From an uncultured delta proteobacterium (lineage in GTDB: Bacteria > Myxococcota_A > Polyangia > Polyangiales > JAFGIB01): a stretch of DNA of 64,000 nucleotides. Under the pieces are notes generated by a model that was given only the letters and a program-made list of their open reading frames with translations, did no database searches and had not been told where the DNA came from. The DNA lies in assembly GCA_963778655.1 (NCBI GenBank), contig CAVZVA010000010.1, forward strand, positions 1,248,001-1,312,000, written 5' to 3'. The translations under genes were made by a program, and so were the position numbers. Below, one piece after another: positions 55,832-64,000 of this stretch (its first letter is position 1; each line of letters opens with the position of its first letter).

Positions 55832-57807
55832 CACGCCCTCAACCGGGTTTGCCAGGGGTCGCGCGCGAGCGGCAGCCGCGACACCTCGGCGCTGAGCGCG
55901 CGCAGCGCCTGCGTCTGCGCCAGCACGAAGGCGGCGGTGTCGAGCGGCGCGCTCACGCCGAAGCGCACGCGCAGCTCGAGGTAGGCCCGCTCGCGATCGT
56001 AGCGCACCGCCCCGGCCTCTGCGATCTCCCATAGGTCGTGGACCGCGACGAACGGCCGGCCGTAGCGATAGCGCTGATCCTGCTGCGCGCGCGGCTGCTG
56101 GCGCTCGACGTAGCTTCGCCACGCTTCGGCGTCGAGCGAGCTTTCGTGCACGCGCCGCGGCTCGCGGTACCCGGGCAGGAAGGCTTGCGCCTCGGGTCCG
56201 GCCTCGAGGTCGGGCGCGGGCTCCGCCTCGGTCAGGCCGCCGCCGGTGATGCGCTGCAGCGCTTCGGCCGCAGCCAGCTTGCGTGTCTCGTCCTCGCCTT
56301 CGAGCGCGGCAAGCAGCGGCGCCAGCAGCGACGGGTCTCCGAACCAGCCGCACGCCTCCGCGCCGCACGCGCTCCCATCCTTGGCGATCAGCTCGAGCTC
56401 GCCGCGGCCCCCGCACAGCGAGAGCAGCATCACCGCCTCGCCGTGCGCGCCGCGGCCCTGCGCCGTCAGCTCGCGCGCACGCAAGAGCGCGCGCGGATCG
56501 CCGCGCAGCGCCGCGCCGTGCAGGCCATGGCGCGCGACCTCGTGATCCTCGTGGTGCAGCAGGCGGTAGACCGCGGCCGACTCGACCGGCCCCGCCACCC
56601 TGCCGAGCGCGCGTGCGGCCGCGCGTGCCACCCGCGGATCGTCGTCCGCGCACGCGGGCCCGAGCGCTTCGCCCTGCAGCAGGCCCTTGCGCGCGAGCAG
56701 CTCCAGCCCGAGCGCCCGCCGTGCGGGCTCGGCGTGTTGCAGCATGCCGCCAGCCAGTGCCGCGATGCCCGGATGCGGCGCGAGCGAGAGCGCGTCGGCC
56801 GCCGCGGTCCACAGGTCGGCGTCGTCCAGATCGCTGACCTGCAGCAGCCGCGCGATCTGATCGCGCGTGTCGTCGCCGCGCAGCGAGCCGAGCACGAACA
56901 GCAGCGAAAGCAGCAGCTCCGGGTCGGGCAGGGGGCGATCCTCGAGCAGCTTGATCAGCTCGGGCAGGCGCTCTAGGCCGGAGGCCACGATCGCGTCGAG
57001 CCGGCACAGCACGCGCCGCTCGCACTCGCGGTTGCTGCTCCAGGCGTCGTGGTCGTCGGGCCGCCGCATCGCGGCCAGCATGCCGAGCTCCTCGAGCGCG
57101 ATGCGCGCGCGCGAGAAGCGCAGCGCGTGCTCCTGCTCCTGATCGCCGAAGCGCAGCGCCTCGAGCTGCTCGGGCGTAAGCGGCGGGGGCGGCTCAGGTG
57201 CGTCCTGTTGCGCCGGCGGCTCGGGCTCGCGCTCGGCCGCAGCCGAGCTGGCAACCGCCTGCGCCATCAACGCCTCGAGCTGCGCGAGCGAGACCTTCGG
57301 CGCCTCCGGCAGCGCGCTCGGGGCCTCGGGCAGCGGCTCCTCGGGCTCCTCGAGCTCGGGCATGGGCAGCGTTGGCCGCAGGATCGGGCGCGGCGGATCG
57401 AGCAGCCTGGGCAGCCCGACGCTGGCGGTCAGCGGCGCGCGGGCCTGGGCGCTCGGCAGCAGCAGCGGCTCCACGCCCGCGCGAAAGCGGCTGGCTTGCA
57501 GCGCTGCGAGCGCGCGCTCGGTGTCGCGCGTGCAGGCCACCACGCCGGGGTCTTCGCTCGCGCAGGCACGCAGCTGCTGCAGCGCGGCTTCGGTCTGCTC
57601 GCCGGCCTCGGCGCGCGCGCGCGCGAACGCCTCGGCGTCGCCGCCCTCGCCCAGGGCTGCGTAGCAGCGCTCGAGCGCGCCCGCCAGGCTGTGCTCGACC
57701 GGCCGCAGCGGCAGCGCTCCGTCCTCGACCCGGCACAGCGCGCAGTACGCCGCGTCGAGCGCTGCACGCGCGGCGGCCACTTCGGTATGCGTGCTCGGCT
57801 CTGACAC
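55831..57807 (-). CDS. TIGR02270-like HEAT-repeat protein with N-terminal extension
   Basis: ERRVLCRLDAI, HEAT-like repeats, AAAEALQRITG, RYRYGRP; stop overlaps DUF2169 start. Confidence 0.72.
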   Translation of the reverse strand: MSEPSTHTEVAAARAALDAAYCALCRVEDGALPLRPVEHSLAGALERCYAALGEGGDAEAFARARAEAGEQTEAALQQLRACASEDPGVVACTRDTERALAALQASRFRAGVEPLLLPSAQARAPLTASVGLPRLLDPPRPILRPTLPMPELEEPEEPLPEAPSALPEAPKVSLAQLEALMAQAVASSAAAEREPEPPAQQDAPEPPPPLTPEQLEALRFGDQEQEHALRFSRARIALEELGMLAAMRRPDDHDAWSSNRECERRVLCRLDAIVASGLERLPELIKLLEDRPLPDPELLLSLLFVLGSLRGDDTRDQIARLLQVSDLDDADLWTAAADALSLAPHPGIAALAGGMLQHAEPARRALGLELLARKGLLQGEALGPACADDDPRVARAAARALGRVAGPVESAAVYRLLHHEDHEVARHGLHGAALRGDPRALLRARELTAQGRGAHGEAVMLLSLCGGRGELELIAKDGSACGAEACGWFGDPSLLAPLLAALEGEDETRKLAAAEALQRITGGGLTEAEPAPDLEAGPEAQAFLPGYREPRRVHESSLDAEAWRSYVERQQPRAQQDQRYRYGRPFVAVHDLWEIAEAGAVRYDRERAYLELRVRFGVSAPLDTAAFVLAQTQALRALSAEVSRLPLARDPWQTRLRA

Positions 57808-57823
57808 GTTGCGGACACCGGGC

Positions 57824-58651
57824 TCACCGGCCGGAGAACGGGGCGAAGGGATTGTCGGGCGCGGGCCCGCTGGGCGTTGCGGGTGCGGGCGGCGGCTCGC
57901 GCGGGGGAATCAGGAAACCGAAGCCCACCACCAGCGCGAGCTGATAGCTCTCGACCGCGTCGAGCGTGCCGGTGTGCAGCATCATGTCCTGCTTGACGCG
58001 GTCGTCGTAGGCGCCCTTGCCCAGCACGTTGAAGGCGAAGCGCAGCGCGATCGGGATCTGGAAGCGCAGCGTGTAGAAGCTGCAGCCCAGCTCGAGCGCC
58101 ACCGCCGCGCCCAGCCCGGCCTTGGCGCGGTTGAAGTAGTCGAGCGCGATCTGGGCGGTCGCGTCCGCCAGCGTGGTGCGGTTGTCCGTCACCGTGTTGC
58201 GGGCCGAGGAGCCGAGGCCGACGATCAGCTCGGGGCCGAGCCCGGCGTTGAGCTCGAAGCTGTCGCTGGTCTGCAGGAACAGCTTGGCCAGCAGCGGTGC
58301 GCGCAGCTGGCCGAAGCTCGCGCGCTGCTTGAAGTCGACGTCGTTCTGGCTGGCCTTGAAGAACAGCCGGTTGCTCTCGATCAGCAGGTCGAGCTCAACC
58401 CCGAGCAGCTTGGAGGCGTGCAGCTCGCCGTATAGCCCGGCGCCGCCACCCAGGCCCATGCTGCTGTCGAGCCACGGCGCGGTCATCGTCGGCGGTGAGC
58501 TGGCCGAGAGCTGGCCGCCGAGATCGAGCGCGCCCTTGACGCCGATGCGCAGGTCGATGTCCGCGCGCGCCGGTGCGCGCGTGCTCGCGCACAGCAGCGC
58601 GAGCACGAACAGCGCGCGCGACAGACCCGGCCCTGGAGTCGCGGCGCCCAT
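57824..58651 (-). CDS. Outer-membrane beta-barrel protein
   Basis: Signal peptide ending ARA-D; IGVKG, GGGAGLYGEL, LRAPLLAK, LNAGLGPEL alternating strands. Confidence 0.72.
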   Translation of the reverse strand: MGAATPGPGLSRALFVLALLCASTRAPARADIDLRIGVKGALDLGGQLSASSPPTMTAPWLDSSMGLGGGAGLYGELHASKLLGVELDLLIESNRLFFKASQNDVDFKQRASFGQLRAPLLAKLFLQTSDSFELNAGLGPELIVGLGSSARNTVTDNRTTLADATAQIALDYFNRAKAGLGAAVALELGCSFYTLRFQIPIALRFAFNVLGKGAYDDRVKQDMMLHTGTLDAVESYQLALVVGFGFLIPPREPPPAPATPSGPAPDNPFAPFSGR

Positions 58652-59982
58652 CAGTCGACTCCCAGCGCGGTGAGCAGCTCGGCGGCATCGGCCAGCGCGG
58701 CGTCGAGCGCCCGGCTGGCCGGGTCGAGCGCCTTGCCCACTTTGGCGGCCTCGGCCTGGGCGCAGGCGAGCCCGGCGCGCGTTTGGTTGTCGAGGTCGTC
58801 GGCCTTGGCCTCCGCGCGCAGCGAGTCCTTGACTGCGGAGGTGGCGTCGGCCGCGAGCGACTCGCCGGCGTTCTTGATCAGCTTGGCACGCGCCACGTCG
58901 CTGATCAGCGCGGGCAGGCGCGCCTGCAGCATGCGCAGGGCGTCGAGATAGCGGCGCTGATCGGCCGAAGGGCTCGCCTCTGAGAGCGCGTAGTGCACGC
59001 GCACCCACGGCAGGTCGCACTGCGCCAGGTAGCGCGCCTGGGCCGCAGCCGCCGCCCGGCACTCGGCGTTGCCCATGGGCGCGCTGAACACGCCGGCGCA
59101 GCTGCCCGGGCAGTCGAAGTCCTTGCCCGCGTTGGGCTGGCAACGCACCTCGACCGGCGAGTCGCAGCTCATCGGATCCGATCGCGTGCAGGTCCCGGCG
59201 CAGGTTCCGCGGCAGGCGGAGCGCTCGATCGCGTGCGCGCACGACCCGCTGCAGGTGCCGGCGCACTGGCCCGCGCACTCCAACCCGCCGTTGCCGTCCT
59301 GCGCGAAGCGATCGCAGGTGCCGCTGCACTGGCCGAGGCAGATGCCGTCGCAGGTGCCGGTGGCGTCGGGGGTCTCGGTGCAGGTGCCGCTGCACAGGTC
59401 GGTCCCGCAGTCCTCCCGGGCCGCGGTGGTGGTGCACTCGAGCTTGGCCAGCCGCCCGCACATCGCGCTGGCGTCGACGCGGCAGGGTCCAGAGCAGGAG
59501 ATGGTCATGGCCGCGGCGAGCGCGGGATCGCACTGGCTCTGCAGCGCGATCAGGCGCTGGCTGTCGACCCAGCACAGCGCCTGCGATGCGACCAGCTTGG
59601 GCCCGGCCGCGAGCAGGCTGCTGCCCAGGCGCTTGAGCTCGGCGCCGAGCGCGGTGTTCTTGCCGATGCCGAAGTCGGCGCGCACGCCGGCCAGCTCGGC
59701 TTCGATCGCGGCGCCGGTGTGCGCGGCCGTGGTCTGATACGCGACCACCGCCTCGAAGAAGGCGTCGGCCGCGGGCACGCCGCTGATCGCGGCATTGCCC
59801 TCGGCGACGCCGCGCTTGGGGCAGGCGAAGCCGCACAGCGGGTTGTCGGCCGGAGCCGGGACCTTGTCGCCGGCGCACGCGCACAGCGCGGCGCTCGCGA
59901 AGCCGAGCGCGATCCATGTGGCGCGCATGCGTGCGCACGCGCGCGGCAGCGCCTGGCACAGCTCAAGGGCGCGCAGGCTCAT
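58651..59982 (-). CDS. Cys-rich (CxGxC repeat) lipoprotein, paralog B
   Basis: Lipobox LCAC; LCGFACP..GNAAISGV..ADAFF; many CxGxC; helical C-terminus; alternative start 59928. Confidence 0.8.
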   Translation of the reverse strand: MSLRALELCQALPRACARMRATWIALGFASAALCACAGDKVPAPADNPLCGFACPKRGVAEGNAAISGVPAADAFFEAVVAYQTTAAHTGAAIEAELAGVRADFGIGKNTALGAELKRLGSSLLAAGPKLVASQALCWVDSQRLIALQSQCDPALAAAMTISCSGPCRVDASAMCGRLAKLECTTTAAREDCGTDLCSGTCTETPDATGTCDGICLGQCSGTCDRFAQDGNGGLECAGQCAGTCSGSCAHAIERSACRGTCAGTCTRSDPMSCDSPVEVRCQPNAGKDFDCPGSCAGVFSAPMGNAECRAAAAAQARYLAQCDLPWVRVHYALSEASPSADQRRYLDALRMLQARLPALISDVARAKLIKNAGESLAADATSAVKDSLRAEAKADDLDNQTRAGLACAQAEAAKVGKALDPASRALDAALADAAELLTALGVD

Positions 59983-61310
59983 GGCCGCTCGATCCCCAGC
60001 GCGCGCCGCAGTGCGTCCACCGCGTCGAGCGCCGCTTGCAGGCGCGGGCTGCTCATGTCCACGACCTGCGCCACGGCCGGCAGCTGATCGGCCGCGCACT
60101 GCAGCCCGACCGCGAAGCGGGTGTCGATCGCGCCTTGGTTCAGCGAGTCGAACGACTTCGCCAGCATGGCGTCGTCCTTGGCCTTGCTCAGGTCGTCGCC
60201 GACCGAGAACAGGCGCTCACCGCGCTCCGCGAGCATCAGCACGCGCGGCAGCCGCAGCGCGAGGTTGTCGACCGCGACGATATAACGCGCTTGCGCCATC
60301 GCATCCTTGGGCATGGGGGCGGGGAAGACGTCGATCGAGGCGGTGCCCGGACGGCAGGCGAGCTCCAGCGTGGCGCCGACCTTGGCCGCGAGCATGCACT
60401 CAGCGCGGCCGTCGGCGGGGATCGGCTCGCCGTTGCAGCGGCCGTCGCAGGGCACGGCTTCGCCGGTGGCGGGCACCACGCACTGGACGCTCAGGCCGTC
60501 GCTGCAGCCACCGCCCGGGTTGTCCACGGCGCAGCTGCCCTCGCAGCTTCCGTCGCATGCCGCTGGGTCGGGCTCCGGCAACGCGCACTGGCCGCTGCAG
60601 GTGCCGTCGCACGGGCCCTGGCAACTGCCGTCGGCGGCGAGCTCGACGCAGGTGCCGTCGCAGCTTCCCAGGCAATCGCCGGCGCACACGGCTTTTGACA
60701 CGGCCGTGGTGCAGGTGCCGCTGCACAGGCCGTCGCAGCGCCCGGAGCTCGGTTGGGTGCAGCGCAGGTCGGCGCCGCTGGGGCAGCTGGTCTCGCCGGG
60801 CGGGAGCTCGCAGCTGCCGGCGCAGCGCATCACGGCCTGGTCGCGCGCTAGGTCCTTGTCGCAAGCGGCCTGCGCGTCGAGCAGGGCCGAGGCATCGACG
60901 CTGCAGTCGGGCAGCCCCGCGTGCACGCGCAGCGGGCCCGCCGCCATCATGTCGGTCAGCGTGCCGAGGCCCGCGCCGACGTCCCCGCTGATGCCGAAGT
61001 CGGCCGCGATCGCGGCCAGCTCGCCCTCGAGCGAGGCGGCCACGGCGTCGCTGTCCTGCGCGAACCCGGTGACGGCCGCGAAGAACGCGTCGGGCGCGGT
61101 CACCCCGGAGATGACCGCGTTGCCGTCCTGCAGACCGTGCTCGGGGCAGGCGAAACCGCACAGGTCGGCGATGTCTTGCTGCGGTCCCTGCAAGGCCGCG
61201 GCCCGGACCTGCACGGCTTGAGGCGGCGCGGCCTGACACCCGAGGGTCAGCCAGCCCGCTGAAAATGCGAGCAGCAGGGATCCGAGCCTCGCCTGCCTAC
61301 GGAAGCACAT
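59979..61310 (-). CDS. Cys-rich (CxGxC repeat) lipoprotein, paralog A
   Basis: Lipobox TLGC; LCGFACP..GNAVISGV..PDAFF; many CxGxC; stop overlaps paralog B start. Confidence 0.8.
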   Translation of the reverse strand: MCFRRQARLGSLLLAFSAGWLTLGCQAAPPQAVQVRAAALQGPQQDIADLCGFACPEHGLQDGNAVISGVTAPDAFFAAVTGFAQDSDAVAASLEGELAAIAADFGISGDVGAGLGTLTDMMAAGPLRVHAGLPDCSVDASALLDAQAACDKDLARDQAVMRCAGSCELPPGETSCPSGADLRCTQPSSGRCDGLCSGTCTTAVSKAVCAGDCLGSCDGTCVELAADGSCQGPCDGTCSGQCALPEPDPAACDGSCEGSCAVDNPGGGCSDGLSVQCVVPATGEAVPCDGRCNGEPIPADGRAECMLAAKVGATLELACRPGTASIDVFPAPMPKDAMAQARYIVAVDNLALRLPRVLMLAERGERLFSVGDDLSKAKDDAMLAKSFDSLNQGAIDTRFAVGLQCAADQLPAVAQVVDMSSPRLQAALDAVDALRRALGIERP

Positions 61311-61699
61311 AAGCCACGCCTGGGGACCAAACCGGCGGCAGCATAGATCAAAGCCGGCGAGAGGCACACCTCGCATCGGCGGGGCGGCGCACGGGCCCCT
61401 CCCGAGCCTCGTGTCTCCGGCGTCCCACGCGCGAGCAGTCCGCCTGACCGCGGCCAGGGTGGTGCACTACCGCAGGCATGCGCGGCTGGTCCTCGTCGTA
61501 TTCGATCGGCCGTGTGGCCGCCTCGAAGCACAACCACGCCGCCGCCACAGACAGCGCCGCGGCCGTCCAAAAGCCGGCGCTGCGCGAATTGAGCCAGCCA
61601 GATAGGGAGCGACCAATCGTCATCGTCTGTGGGCGGAGCCGCCCCTGGCGATCGCGAAGGGACACGAGCTGGGCGGCACCGCCCGCGCGCGAGTCATCG

Positions 61700-62073
61700 T
61701 CAATCCAGGGCGCCCCCATGCGTAGCGAGCCAGCTCATCCCCAGGCCCGTGGCCAGATCGATCGCGCGAGCCTCGAGGTCTCGACCGAGCTCGGTGCCAT
61801 CGTCGTCGACCATCGTTTCGAGCACGTTCTTCGCCGCTGCGCGCTAGCGCCTCCGCGCTGACCCAAGTCGCCGGGGAACGGTCGCGCTGGAGCAGCTCGT
61901 CAGCGACCGCGAGCAGGGCTGCAATGTCGTCGGGACCGTTGAGCCCGTAGAGCCGCGCGTGCAGCGCCTCGAGTAGCGCGGCGTCCTCGCCCAGCTCGCG
62001 CGCAAGCGCGAGGGCATTTTCGCTGAGCTCTTTGCTGCGCTGCATGTCCAGGACGTAAGGCGGCACCCACGAA
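61700..62073 (-). pseudogene. Remnant of a large ATPase/TPR-type transcriptional regulator
   Basis: SWVPPYVLDMQRSKELSENALALARELG..LEALHARL in one frame, then a frame change near 61845 to EARAIDLATGLGMSWLA..stop. Confidence 0.5.
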
Positions 62074-62253
62074 AACCCGCTCGACACGAGCACGACAGGC
62101 GACCCATTGAAGACGCAGTTCCTCGCGGCGACAGCCGCGTGGCTGCGCTGGCAGCTCGCCGGCGATCGAACCATGAAATCGCTGTTCGTCGGTCCGAGCT
62201 GTGGGTACTGCACACAGACCTCGCTGTGGAAGGTCCAACAGAAGAACCTGTAG
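62059..62253 (+). pseudogene. C-terminal remnant of cutinase/chlorophyllase-like hydrolase
   Basis: Hand-translated GGTHENP...TAAWLRWQLAGDRTMKSLFVGPSCGYCTQTSLWKVQQKNL*; in-frame TAA immediately upstream. Confidence 0.6.
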
Positions 62254-62343
62254 CGAATCGCGACGACCGCGCTGCTCGGCCCCACCTGCGCTGCCGCAGG
62301 TGCGGGGCGGAGCTGCCGGCGAGGCCAAACGCGCCGCCGCTTC

Positions 62344-63879
<1,536 letters not shown>

Positions 63880-64000
63880 GGTGTCCCGCTCCAGCCCCGT
63901 ACCCCAGGGCTTGCGGGGCTAGCCTAGCACGGCCGGGCGCGCGGCCGCACGTCCCCGGCGGCGGGGGGCCGCGGCGCGCCGGCGCTCACGCCCCGCAGGT

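Noticed and set aside
61348..61623. Small TM-containing ORF (MTIGRSLSGW...)
   Set aside because: No recognisable family and a low-complexity tail; could be another relic but is unsupported

Overview
Very GC-rich bacterial DNA whose gene repertoire (Cys-rich and Gly/Thr-linker lipoproteins, ECF sigma/anti-sigma cassettes, FHA/PP2C/Ser-Thr kinase genes, DUF4150/TIGR02270-like T6SS accessories) points to a myxobacterium (inference). In order: a GldA/F/G-like ABC operon; a DUF58-transglutaminase-MoxR-TPR operon; a membrane PP2C plus zinc-ribbon/FHA pair; ltaE and tRNA-Thr(CGT); two ECF cassettes with promoter motifs readable in the sequence; copper-monooxygenase and esterase lipoproteins; a TetR/carotenoid-oxygenase pair with twin operators; a 96-bp palindromic repeat array; two hybrid kinases; prpE; a VWA/Cys-rich lipoprotein; a decayed vapBC; upp; a Kelch/GMC cluster; and several gene relics. 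The most striking element is a ~15.7-kb minus-strand run (61310->45640): two Cys-rich lipoprotein paralogs, an outer-membrane barrel, TIGR02270-like, DUF2169 and inactive ketosynthase-like adaptors, three tandem divergent VgrGs (one with a ~138-aa helical insert), a small accessory gene and an effector-less, Met-rich PAAR-like gene behind a long hairpin. No toxin, immunity, Hcp or sheath gene is visible in the window. All family assignments come from motif recognition by eye, not database searches.
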